Positions 55,972-64,000 are shown, counted from the first letter of the stretch. The stretch: 64,000 nt of DNA from an uncultured Gammaproteobacteria bacterium (GCA_964358085.1 CAYHNU010000001.1:11220-75219), one strand, 5' to 3'. A program made the numbers and translations. The notes: generated by a model from the letters alone, not told the origin.

Positions 55972-57240
55972 ATGAACCAAAAACTCTTGGCCATATTCCA
56001 AACCCAAACATTGCGGCAATCGATTATCACAATTGTATCCACTTTTACCACCGCCGGCTTGGGCGCGGTATTTTATCTCCTTCTGGCCAGGATTATAGGT
56101 GCCCATGAATATGGATTATTCTCGGTAGTAGTTTCAATCTTGACCATTATTGTAACCTTTACTGACGTGGGTATGGGACAGGGGTTAGTTAAATTTGTAG
56201 CGGAAAATAGCGGCAGCGATAAATATCAACCTTATGTCAAAATTGCCCTGTTCACCAAAATTGCTATCGGCCTGGTGGTCAGTTTGGTTCTGTGGGCGTT
56301 TGCGAAGTCCCTGGCGGTTTCTCTCCTGCGCCAGCCGGAGGTAGCCAAGCTCCTGTCTATCACCGGATGGGGAGTTCTATCGATCATGCTTTTTAGTCTT
56401 TCCATATGTGTTTTTCAGGGACTGCAGAAGTTTATGCTCTGGGGCGGGCTGCAGGTTGGAGCTAATTTTTTCCGACTGCTTCTCCTCGGTTTTCTTCTGC
56501 TCGTCGCGGTGAAAATTGATTCAGTTTGGATGTTGGTCCTGTTTATTGCCGCTCCGCTTTCCGGATTTTTACTTTCCTGGTTTTGGCTGCCGGTCAGTAT
56601 TCTTAAAGCCAAAGTTACTTCCGTTCACTGGCACAATTTTTGGAATTTTAACAAGTGGACTGCCGCGCTTGGTATCACGGCCACTCTTGCTAGCCGCCTG
56701 GATACTCTACTCACCGCCCGATTTCTAACTCTATCTCAAACCGGTGTTTACGCCATGGCCATCACCATGGTGGCTTTTTTGCCCCAGCTGTCTTCGGCCA
56801 TCGGAGCCGTGACCGCGCCTAAATTTGCTTCATTTTCTGACTCCGATCACTCTCAAAAATATCTTGTCAAATCCACTCTTTTTTCGTTTGGTATTAGTGT
56901 AGGTGTGGCCCTAGCCATGATTCCGGCGGCCATGCTTGTCATCCGGTTTACCGGTCGGGATTTTTCTGCCTCTTTTACACCTTTCTTAATTCTGCTTCTG
57001 TCACTGGCAATATTCACTTCGCTTAACCCCGTCCGCGACAGCATTTTATATTTTTACAAACGCCCCCAGTTCTTCTTTTGGGCCAATCTCGCTCAAGCCG
57101 CTATCATTGTTGGGGCCGGGTTTTTGCTCATTCCCCGTTTCGGGGTCATTGGCACATCGTTGGCAGTGTTAATTAGCCACGTGTTTTTCGCTATCGCCAG
57201 TTGGTGGGAATATGAAAATTGTCGCGCACACGCTAGTTAA
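55972..57240 (+). CDS. wzx: Wzx/MOP-family oligosaccharide flippase
   Basis: LAR-x-x-G-x-x-EYG, D-x-G, RLD, GVY, PKF, LIPRFG-x-x-G; about 12 TM helices. Confidence 0.85.
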   Translation: MNQKLLAIFQTQTLRQSIITIVSTFTTAGLGAVFYLLLARIIGAHEYGLFSVVVSILTIIVTFTDVGMGQGLVKFVAENSGSDKYQPYVKIALFTKIAIGLVVSLVLWAFAKSLAVSLLRQPEVAKLLSITGWGVLSIMLFSLSICVFQGLQKFMLWGGLQVGANFFRLLLLGFLLLVAVKIDSVWMLVLFIAAPLSGFLLSWFWLPVSILKAKVTSVHWHNFWNFNKWTAALGITATLASRLDTLLTARFLTLSQTGVYAMAITMVAFLPQLSSAIGAVTAPKFASFSDSDHSQKYLVKSTLFSFGISVGVALAMIPAAMLVIRFTGRDFSASFTPFLILLLSLAIFTSLNPVRDSILYFYKRPQFFFWANLAQAAIIVGAGFLLIPRFGVIGTSLAVLISHVFFAIASWWEYENCRAHAS

Positions 57241-58021
57241 AAACGAACAAAGATGGGTGTGGTATGCAATAACCTCGGTTATTGATTTTGTAGATGAAAT
57301 TAAAGTATGGGATACAGGATCAAGCGATCAAACATTAGAGGTGGTTAAATCGATTGAGTCGCCTAAACTGACCATTAGGCAAACTTTGACTAAAAACCCA
57401 AAAGCCATAACGGCAATTAGACAAAAGATGCTTGAGGAAACAACAGGGGGGTGGGTTTTGATTTTGGACGGAGACGAAATTTGGACCGAAGGAGCCATTA
57501 GAGAGTCTCGTAAACTTATTGAGGGCGAAAAAAGTCTGCGATATTTGGCCAATAGGTACATTAATTTTATGGGTGACGTTTATCACACTCAAGATCCAAA
57601 AGCGGAAATGTACAATATTGCGGGTTTTAAAGGAAATGTAAATTTGAGGCTGGTCAATTTAGACGCCTACAAAAAAGTAAGTTTTGAGGGTGACTTAAGC
57701 AATGAGTGGATGGCTGACGAAAACGGGAATAAATTGCAAGATGAATCCATGGGGGTAGCTATAGTTGAGGAACCTTATCTTCATGCCACCAGACTTCCCA
57801 GATCGGGAAGTGAAACAGGTGATGAAATAACGTTTATGCGAAAAACGAAATATAAATGTGATTTGGGAACACGGTTTCCCAAAAATTTTATATATCCTAA
57901 AGTATTTTATTTCCCCAAACCAATTAATGTTCCCAGTCCATGGGCGAGGAGAAGTATTACTTTTGTAGCAAACGCAGCTTGGCAAACGCCCCTTCGCGCC
58001 ATAAAAAACTATGTCCTATAA
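57212..58021 (+). CDS. GT2 glycosyltransferase
   Basis: VKNE, DTGSSD-x-T, LDGDEIW. Confidence 0.85.
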   Translation: MKIVAHTLVKNEQRWVWYAITSVIDFVDEIKVWDTGSSDQTLEVVKSIESPKLTIRQTLTKNPKAITAIRQKMLEETTGGWVLILDGDEIWTEGAIRESRKLIEGEKSLRYLANRYINFMGDVYHTQDPKAEMYNIAGFKGNVNLRLVNLDAYKKVSFEGDLSNEWMADENGNKLQDESMGVAIVEEPYLHATRLPRSGSETGDEITFMRKTKYKCDLGTRFPKNFIYPKVFYFPKPINVPSPWARRSITFVANAAWQTPLRAIKNYVL

Positions 58022-58775
58022 CCGTCGTAAATACTATGCCCTAGCTGCAAAAGCCAGTAAGCAGATAGGGGAGCATCCTGGCCTTTTGTATTTACAGAAA
58101 ATTGCCGGCCAGTCATCTAAGGTGTTAGATGTAGGTTGTGGCGAAGGGTCACGTTTAGTAACTTTGTTGCCTCCAGGCCAGTTTGCTTGGGGAGTGGATA
58201 TTGACAAATACGCTATCAATCTTGCCAAAAAACAGTATCCGGATCAGCATTTTCAAATCTATTCAGGAGAAAAATTGCCTTATAAATCAAATACCTTTGA
58301 TCTAGTTTATTCTGCTTTTGTTCTCGAGCATGTCCAAATTCCGGCAAATTTATTAAATGAAATGATCCGCGTCTGCCAGCCCAGAGGGAGCGTCATCCTT
58401 CTTTGTCCGAATTTCGGTGCTCCGAACAGAAGATCCCCAAATTCAATTCAAAATTCCATTTCAAAGCTCCTCACAGGTTTTATTAACGATTTTTTCAGTA
58501 CTTCTATTTTCCGTTGGGAAAAGGTCCAACCTAAACCGGTTTACAATCTGCCGGACGACGACACAACAATTGAACCTTATTTATTATCGCTCATTCGTTA
58601 TTTCCAAAGCAAAAAATTAACAATTAATTTAGCATCGTCTTTATGGAATCTGGAAGTACCAAGCCTTAATCCTCGAAAAATAATTGTCAAAATACTAGGC
58701 CAGTTAGGCATTTTTCCATTTAAATACTGGGGTCCTCAAATTTTTGTTTCAGCCATTAAAACCGTATCTGACTAA
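58011..58775 (+). CDS. Class I SAM-dependent methyltransferase
   Basis: [12 protein letters not shown]-x-x-x-TFD, VLEH, PN-x-GAPNR. Confidence 0.9.
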   Translation: MSYNRRKYYALAAKASKQIGEHPGLLYLQKIAGQSSKVLDVGCGEGSRLVTLLPPGQFAWGVDIDKYAINLAKKQYPDQHFQIYSGEKLPYKSNTFDLVYSAFVLEHVQIPANLLNEMIRVCQPRGSVILLCPNFGAPNRRSPNSIQNSISKLLTGFINDFFSTSIFRWEKVQPKPVYNLPDDDTTIEPYLLSLIRYFQSKKLTINLASSLWNLEVPSLNPRKIIVKILGQLGIFPFKYWGPQIFVSAIKTVSD

Positions 58776-59453
58776 ACACCACACCGTCCACAGGCCGTCT
58801 TTCCAATTGATCTTTTTTCCTTCAGCATAGCTTCTTCCGGAGTAACTAATTCCCACTTCATAAATCCGTACTCCCATTCGAGCGACTTTAATTGTAAATT
58901 CCGGCTCAACGCCAAACCTTTTTTCCTGCAAGTTCAACTTATTAGCCACGTCTTTAGTAAAAGCCTTGTAGCAAGTCTCAATATCCGTCAGATTCAAATT
59001 TGTCAGACAATTGGACAGTAGCGTGATAAATTTATTACCCACATAGTGCCAGAAATATAACACCCGATGCGGCTGGCCTCCGGTAAACCTGGATCCAAAC
59101 ACCACGTCGGCTTTCTTGGCCAAAATCGGCGCCAGCAATAATTCGTATTCATCAGGATCGTATTCCAAATCTGCATCCTGAATTATAAACGTGTCCCCGG
59201 AAGCTATTTTTAGCGCATCTCTCACTGCCGCCCCCTTCCCCTCGTTCTTGGATTTATTAATCGTTTTTAATTTTTTGGATCTTGAACTTTGCTCGCGAAG
59301 CGCGACGGAGTCGATCTTGAACCTTGTCTTATCGGTAGATCCATCATTCACCACAATTATTTCTTTAACTAATTTGTTAGATTGCACTTTTCGAAGTACT
59401 CGGGCAATTGTCTTTTCCTCGTTGTACGCTGGTATAATTACAGTTAGTTTCAC
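58749..59453 (-). CDS. GT2 polyprenol-phosphate glycosyltransferase (DPM-synthase-like)
   Basis: [32 protein letters not shown]-x-ETCYK, EGKKI-x-W-x-DG; GTG start. Confidence 0.92.
   Translation of the reverse strand: MKLTVIIPAYNEEKTIARVLRKVQSNKLVKEIIVVNDGSTDKTRFKIDSVALREQSSRSKKLKTINKSKNEGKGAAVRDALKIASGDTFIIQDADLEYDPDEYELLLAPILAKKADVVFGSRFTGGQPHRVLYFWHYVGNKFITLLSNCLTNLNLTDIETCYKAFTKDVANKLNLQEKRFGVEPEFTIKVARMGVRIYEVGISYSGRSYAEGKKINWKDGLWTVWCLVRYGFNG
59278..59326. repeat. Heptamer array interrupted by a 21-nt GC-rich hairpin
   Basis: GATCTTG AACTTTG [CTCGCGAAGCGCGACGGAGTC] GATCTTG AACCTTG; the insert contains TCGCG-AAG-CGCGA and the GCGAAGC mini-hairpin. Confidence 0.75.
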
Positions 59454-59460
59454 AAATCAG

Positions 59461-59466
59461 ATTATA
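59461..59466 (-). promoter_or_regulatory. -10 box for the antisense GT2 gene
   Basis: TATAAT-N7-GTG 59453 in a 15-bp divergent gap. Confidence 0.6.
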
Positions 59467-59468
59467 CA

Positions 59469-60464
59469 ATGAAGATCGCCATTTTGAGCTTTTATTCTGG
59501 TAATCTCTATCGTGGCGTTGAGACTTATGTCCACGAGCTTAGTAATTGTTTGGTTAATTTGGGAGAACAAGTGGTTGTGTATCAAAATGGTCAGAAGCAT
59601 AAGAATTCAAAATACACGACGGTTTCTATTGGATTACCAATTGACTGGTCTCGGCTTGGTGGGGGGTGGACACCGTGGGATTATTGGAAATTGTTAGTTA
59701 AAAACTTTACGAAGATCTCCTTGCAAAAAATTGATCCAGACACTGAGATAATAATACCAACAAATGGAATGTGGCAGAGCTTGTATAGCCGTTTGTGGGC
59801 ATGGAGGAATAAAAAAAAGATGGTGATTTCCGGACAATCGGGGCCTGGATTAGACGATAGAATAAATTTATGGACTTTTCCGGATATGTTTGTTGGAATG
59901 ACGGATTATCAATGCCAATGGGCCAAAAAAGCTAATCCATTTGTAAAAATTGTAAAAATTCCCAATGGAGTGGATTTAGATAAATTTACTCCCGCCACAG
60001 AACCTATCAAACTCAACCTAAAAAAGCCTATCATCCTAAATGTGGGCGTGGTGACACCATTTAAACGCCAAGATCTTTTGCTTGATGCGGCTAAAAAAAT
60101 TAAAGCCTCAGTCTTATTAGTTGGAAAGGGAGGAACTATGGATTTTGTTCATTCAGATATGCCGAAAGTATATACGGCATGCGATTTATTTTCTTATCCT
60201 ACGTCACCTCAAGAATCTTTCGGCATCGCCATGCTGGAAGCCATGGCCAGCGGACTGGCTGTGGTAGCTACCGACGACCCTATTCGTCGGGAAATAGTAG
60301 GGGAAGCAGGCTTGTTTGTCGACCCAACAAATGCCACAGCTTACGCCCAAGCTTTAAAAAAGGCATTGCATATCAGCTGGGGCGATAAGCCCCGCCGGCA
60401 GGCCGAAAAGTTTTCCTGGGACAAAATTGCTAAACTTTATGATCTCTGTTTCCATAATTGCTAA
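59469..60464 (+). CDS. GT4 glycosyltransferase
   Basis: RGVET, IPNGVD, ESFGIAMLEAMASGL. Confidence 0.9.
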   Translation: MKIAILSFYSGNLYRGVETYVHELSNCLVNLGEQVVVYQNGQKHKNSKYTTVSIGLPIDWSRLGGGWTPWDYWKLLVKNFTKISLQKIDPDTEIIIPTNGMWQSLYSRLWAWRNKKKMVISGQSGPGLDDRINLWTFPDMFVGMTDYQCQWAKKANPFVKIVKIPNGVDLDKFTPATEPIKLNLKKPIILNVGVVTPFKRQDLLLDAAKKIKASVLLVGKGGTMDFVHSDMPKVYTACDLFSYPTSPQESFGIAMLEAMASGLAVVATDDPIRREIVGEAGLFVDPTNATAYAQALKKALHISWGDKPRRQAEKFSWDKIAKLYDLCFHNC

Positions 60465-61077
60465 AGATAAATCCGTTATCCTTCCGAGTTGTCTGGAAAG
60501 CGTTCGGCAGGTGTTTGACGACGTGGTTATCGTTACCAACGCCGACCATAAATTTATAAATTACGCTGACCAAAAAAATTACGCAGCAAGCAAATGCAAA
60601 TACGACTGGGTTTTGTCTTTAGACGCGGACGAAGAGCTTTCTCCAGAGCTTATCCACGAACTACGAACCATGAACCATGAACTATACGCCGCCTTTAAAA
60701 TCCCCAGATTAAATATCATTTTTGGCCGTCCCATGTTCCACACTAACTGGGAACCCTCTGCCGATACCCACATCTGGTTATATGACAAGACCAAGTGCAA
60801 ATGGGAGGGCAATGTTCACGAAGAAGTCGTCGCCAATGGCCCGGTGGGAACTTTACGGGCTCGCAAAATTCATCACAGTTACCAGACCGTTGAAGAATTT
60901 ATGGACAAAATGAACAATTACACCTCCCGCGAAACTAAAATAGTCAATCCGCTTTTTGATTTTCTCCGTCGCTACATCTGGCACAAGGGATTTTTGGACG
61001 GTTGGCACGGGTTATTCTTAAGTTATTTGATGGCTGTTTATCATACAGTGACATGGGTAAAGAAAAATTCTTCCTGA
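60439..61077 (+). CDS. GT2 glycosyltransferase (KdtX/WaaE-like)
   Basis: QKN-x-A, DWVLSLDADE, VHE, GFLDG-x-x-G. ATG 60439. Confidence 0.85.
   Translation: MISVSIIAKDKSVILPSCLESVRQVFDDVVIVTNADHKFINYADQKNYAASKCKYDWVLSLDADEELSPELIHELRTMNHELYAAFKIPRLNIIFGRPMFHTNWEPSADTHIWLYDKTKCKWEGNVHEEVVANGPVGTLRARKIHHSYQTVEEFMDKMNNYTSRETKIVNPLFDFLRRYIWHKGFLDGWHGLFLSYLMAVYHTVTWVKKNSS
60653..60687. repeat. Intragenic 7-bp-period array
   Basis: TCCACGA ACTACGA ACCATGA ACCATGA ACTATAC (peptide HELRTMNHELY). Confidence 0.85.
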
Positions 61078-62372
61078 TCTTAATTCTTATTCTGGGGTTG
61101 GGTTTGCGCTTGATTAAATTAGATCAAAGTTTTTGGTTGGATGAAGCCTCACAGGCCCAACTCTCTTCCATGTCTCTTTCCCAGATCTGGTCTAATCGTC
61201 CCGGAGATTTCCAGCCCCCTCTGTTTTATTTCCTCGCCCACTACTGGCTGCAACTTGGTCGGTCCGAAACTTGGCTGCGCCTACTACCGGTTTCTTTCGG
61301 CCTTCTAAACATCGCAACAATTTACTACCTGGCCAAGGCAATCAATCCCAAATTGGGTCTGATTGCCGCTTTCTTGCTGGCCACTAATCCCTTCCATGTC
61401 TATTACTCCCAGGAATTTCGCATGTATTCGTTACTTGCCCTCTTGGGAACCCTTTCTATGTGGGCCTTTTATAAAAAACACTGGTCTCTCTTTCTGCTCA
61501 ACGCTCTTCTGTTATACACTCACTACGCGTCTGTCTTTCTTATTGCTTCCCAATTTGTTTACTCTCTCGTCTTTAACCGCAAGTTAATTAAATACCTTAC
61601 TTGGCACTTAGCCCTTAGCACTGTCCTATATTCCCCTTGGCTTCCCCAATTCCGGCATCAGCTCCAATCAGGAGCCAACATCGATACTTATTTACCGGGG
61701 TGGCGAAGTATCTTAACTCTTTCCCCGCTTAAATCCCTGCCCTTGATATTGTTTAAGTTTGTCGCCGGCCGCATAGACCTGCTCCCTAGATATATCTACG
61801 CCGTATATATCGCCTTTGTACTCCTAGTCACCGCTGCAGGTTTGCTCCTGGCCCGGGGCAAGCGCCGCCTGCTCTACACCTGGCTGTTTGTCCCCATAGC
61901 GGGCAGTATTCTTGTCTCCTTTTTCATTCCCCAAACCCAGCCGTTCCGCTTGATTTTTACTCTGCCAGCTTTGATCATCCTTTTGGCCGAAGTTACCATT
62001 AGATTTCCCAAAATATTTCTGACTCTGCTTATTTATATTTCCATCGTCGGCAATTACACCTATTTCACCCGCCCCCGCCTGCAGCGGGAACAGTGGCGAG
62101 AGAGTCTGGAGTTTATCCGCAGCCAACCTGCCACCATGGTGGTTAAGTTCCCCGGTCCCTTTGCTCCCATGACCTGGTATGCTCCGGATCTGCCGGTGAT
62201 TACTGCGTCCTCTTTCCCGGCTGAAATAGCTGATTTTTACCTTTTCCAATATCTATCTGGCCTGACTGACCCGCAATATAAAATCGACTCCCAAGTTCAG
62301 GCCGCAGGTTACATCTTACAAAAAAGGTATAATTTCGAAGGAGTGGGTTTTATTGACTATTATCAAAAATGA
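61053..62372 (+). CDS. PMT/ArnT-like GT-C glycosyltransferase
   Basis: SFWLDEA, D-x-QPPL, YYSQE-x-RMY, YTHY, RE-x-WR. ATG 61053. Confidence 0.85.
   Translation: MGKEKFFLILILILGLGLRLIKLDQSFWLDEASQAQLSSMSLSQIWSNRPGDFQPPLFYFLAHYWLQLGRSETWLRLLPVSFGLLNIATIYYLAKAINPKLGLIAAFLLATNPFHVYYSQEFRMYSLLALLGTLSMWAFYKKHWSLFLLNALLLYTHYASVFLIASQFVYSLVFNRKLIKYLTWHLALSTVLYSPWLPQFRHQLQSGANIDTYLPGWRSILTLSPLKSLPLILFKFVAGRIDLLPRYIYAVYIAFVLLVTAAGLLLARGKRRLLYTWLFVPIAGSILVSFFIPQTQPFRLIFTLPALIILLAEVTIRFPKIFLTLLIYISIVGNYTYFTRPRLQREQWRESLEFIRSQPATMVVKFPGPFAPMTWYAPDLPVITASSFPAEIADFYLFQYLSGLTDPQYKIDSQVQAAGYILQKRYNFEGVGFIDYYQK
61600..61622. repeat. Intragenic 7-bp-period array
   Basis: CTTGGCA CTTAGCC CTTAGCA CT (peptide TWHLALST). 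Confidence 0.7.
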
Positions 62373-63331
62373 AAGTTGGTTTAGACGTTTCATCTATTAT
62401 TTACGGTACTGGTGTTTCCAATTACACCTTGGAGCTGCTGCAACACCTGCCGCAGGAAATTGTTGTCCCCTTTGGCTTTTCTCTGCGCCGACGGCAAGAT
62501 CATTTTTTTCCGTTTCCGCCGACGCTGATGCATTATCTCTGGAATAAACTCCACATCGTCAACGTAGAAACTTTAATTGGTAAAATCGACGTCTATCACT
62601 CTTCTGATTGGACCCAGGGACCCAGTCGAGCAAAAAAAGTTACCACTGTTCACGATCTATCCCCCTTTTTATATCCGGCTGAAACCGACCCCCAAATTGT
62701 GGCAGTCCACACTGCCCGTATGAAATGGGTAGTTAAAGAGTGCGATAAAATAATCTGTGTTTCTAACTCTACGGTCGGGGATCTGCACAGGCTATTTCCC
62801 CAGACTGTAGGGAGGACAATCGTTATTCCCGAGGCCTTAGCCGATAAATATTTGACTCTCAAGCCCCAAATTACCAAAAATGCCAATTACGTTTTTGCTA
62901 TCGGTGCCCGCCAGCCACGTAAAAACATTGACCGCCTGAAAAAAGCCTGTGAGAACATACACCAAAAATTAATCGCTGTCGGAGAAGGAAGTGATATTGG
63001 GTACGTTTCAGACCAGGACTTAGTTAATTATTTAGCCGGCGCCTCGGCTTTTGTATATCCGTCTTTATATGAAGGTTTTGGGTTACCCATTTTAGAAGCT
63101 TTCCACTACAAAATCCCCGTTGCCTGTTCAAACACTTCTAGTTTGCCCGAAGTAGCGGGTGACGCCGCCGCCTATTTTGATCCCTTGTCCGTCGAATCCA
63201 TAGCCGCCGGCATAACCCGGGCCATTAAAGACCGGGAGCGGTTAATCGCAGCGGGTAGCAAGCAGTTAGCCAAATTTAGTTGGGATAATGCCGCCCAGGA
63301 AACCCTCAAAGTTTACCAATCACTATGCTAA
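62369..63331 (+). CDS. GT4 glycosyltransferase (MtfB-like)
   Basis: TGVS-x-YT, TVHDL, PRKN, PSLYEGFGLPILEA. Confidence 0.9.
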   Translation: MKVGLDVSSIIYGTGVSNYTLELLQHLPQEIVVPFGFSLRRRQDHFFPFPPTLMHYLWNKLHIVNVETLIGKIDVYHSSDWTQGPSRAKKVTTVHDLSPFLYPAETDPQIVAVHTARMKWVVKECDKIICVSNSTVGDLHRLFPQTVGRTIVIPEALADKYLTLKPQITKNANYVFAIGARQPRKNIDRLKKACENIHQKLIAVGEGSDIGYVSDQDLVNYLAGASAFVYPSLYEGFGLPILEAFHYKIPVACSNTSSLPEVAGDAAAYFDPLSVESIAAGITRAIKDRERLIAAGSKQLAKFSWDNAAQETLKVYQSLC

Positions 63332-64000
63332 TCGGAATTGATGCCAACGAAGCCAATCTCACTCCCAATTTAGTGGGCATAAATGAGTATGCCTATAATT
63401 TGCTGTGGGCAATTTACAATCTGAAATCAAATCACAAATTCGTGACTTATCTGAAGACCCCGCCTCAAAAATCCCTCCCACCTGAAAGGTGGGATTGGAA
63501 GTATCGGGTTATCCCTTTCCCCAAATTCTGGACCCAAACCCGCTTACCGTGGGATTTATATACCCACCAACCCCGTCCGGATGTGTTTTTCAGTATGACT
63601 CATTACGCACCCCGTTTTTCGCCCATTCCCACAGTCGTGGCCATTATGGATTTGGGTTTCTTGCAAACTCCCGAACAGTTCACTTCCAAAGACTTTAATC
63701 AATTAAAGAGCTGGACAGCTTACTCTGTCAAAAATGCTGCCAAAATAATCGCCATTTCTCAATATACAAAACAGGATATTATTAAAAATTATCACCGCGA
63801 CCCGCAAGACATTGTGGTTACATTATTAGGCTATAACACGAAACTCTTTAAACCGAGCCACAAGCCCCGTAAGCCTTATATTCTGTTTTTAAGTAGTTTA
63901 AAGCCCAACAAAAACGTCGAGGGTCTTATCCGCGCTTTTTATAACCTAACACCTAGAACCTATAACCTAGTCATCGCCGGTAAAAAGGCTTGGCTGTACG
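63325..64000 (+). CDS. GT4 glycosyltransferase (MtfB-like), truncated by the window edge
   Basis: MLIGIDANEAN...VGINEYAY...WTQTRLP...HYAPRF...IMDL...KPNKN; open to the end of the window. Confidence 0.85.
   Translation, partial: MLIGIDANEANLTPNLVGINEYAYNLLWAIYNLKSNHKFVTYLKTPPQKSLPPERWDWKYRVIPFPKFWTQTRLPWDLYTHQPRPDVFFSMTHYAPRFSPIPTVVAIMDLGFLQTPEQFTSKDFNQLKSWTAYSVKNAAKIIAISQYTKQDIIKNYHRDPQDIVVTLLGYNTKLFKPSHKPRKPYILFLSSLKPNKNVEGLIRAFYNLTPRTYNLVIAGKKAWLY
63476..63494. repeat. GAA-loop hairpin sharing 17 nt with 13134-13150
   Basis: TCCCACCT-GAA-AGGTGGGA. Confidence 0.55.
63938..63970. repeat. Intragenic 7-bp-period array
   Basis: TTTATAA CCTAACA CCTAGAA CCTATAA CCTAG (peptide YNLTPRTYNL). Confidence 0.75.

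Noticed and set aside
1677-59453. Minus-strand blocks as recombinase-invertible cassettes
   Set aside because: No shared inverted repeats seen at block ends, ends overlap coding sequence, and no recombinase is in the window.
10717-63440. Weak heptamer-like traces near 10725-10760, 11484-11503, 58440-58465 and 63413-63440
   Set aside because: Too degenerate to separate from AT-rich background by eye; may be decayed arrays.
103-63698. Many 60-156 aa alternative-frame and antisense ORFs in the track
   Set aside because: They lie within longer motif-bearing genes and show no recognisable motifs or coupling; treated as shadow ORFs.
6750-63970. Short repeats as CRISPR arrays
   Set aside because: Units are 7-16 bp, directly tandem, without unique spacers, lie inside ORFs, and no cas genes are present.
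1-64000. Alternative genetic code (TGA read as Gly) as in some CPR lineages
   Set aside because: Full-length genes are intact under code 11 and TGA is repeatedly used as the stop in ATGA overlaps.

Overview
The whole 64 kb window is one very large cell-surface glycosylation locus, almost fully coding, running off both ends. It holds about 15 multi-pass GT-C-type membrane glycosyltransferases (five close PMT/ArnT-like paralogues, one PIG-V-like, one PTPS-related/YfhO-like, four large AftD/YfhO-like), about 10 GT2, about 11 GT4 and about 11 SAM methyltransferases (three FkbM type). It also has a GtrA and a Wzx flippase, a sugar nucleotidyltransferase, an RfbE-like epimerase, GmhA, a fused HddC-HddA heptose enzyme, an atypical RlmN-like radical SAM protein and a lone Bro-N gene. 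Gene content, stop/start overlaps and the lack of obvious Shine-Dalgarno sites suggest a Patescibacteria (CPR, probably Microgenomates) genome using code 11; this is inference. Three non-gene signals stand out. (1) At least 14 short degenerate tandem arrays with a 7-bp period, plus three with 8, 9 or 16 bp periods, lie in frame inside genes, often in the same loop of different paralogues. (2) REP-like GAA-loop hairpins are embedded in coding sequence. (3) Divergent gene pairs 16-58 bp apart have -10 boxes only 5-12 nt before each start codon, suggesting bidirectional leaderless promoters. No rRNA, tRNA, CRISPR array, transposase or integrase was seen. All family calls are by motif reading only; no searches were run.
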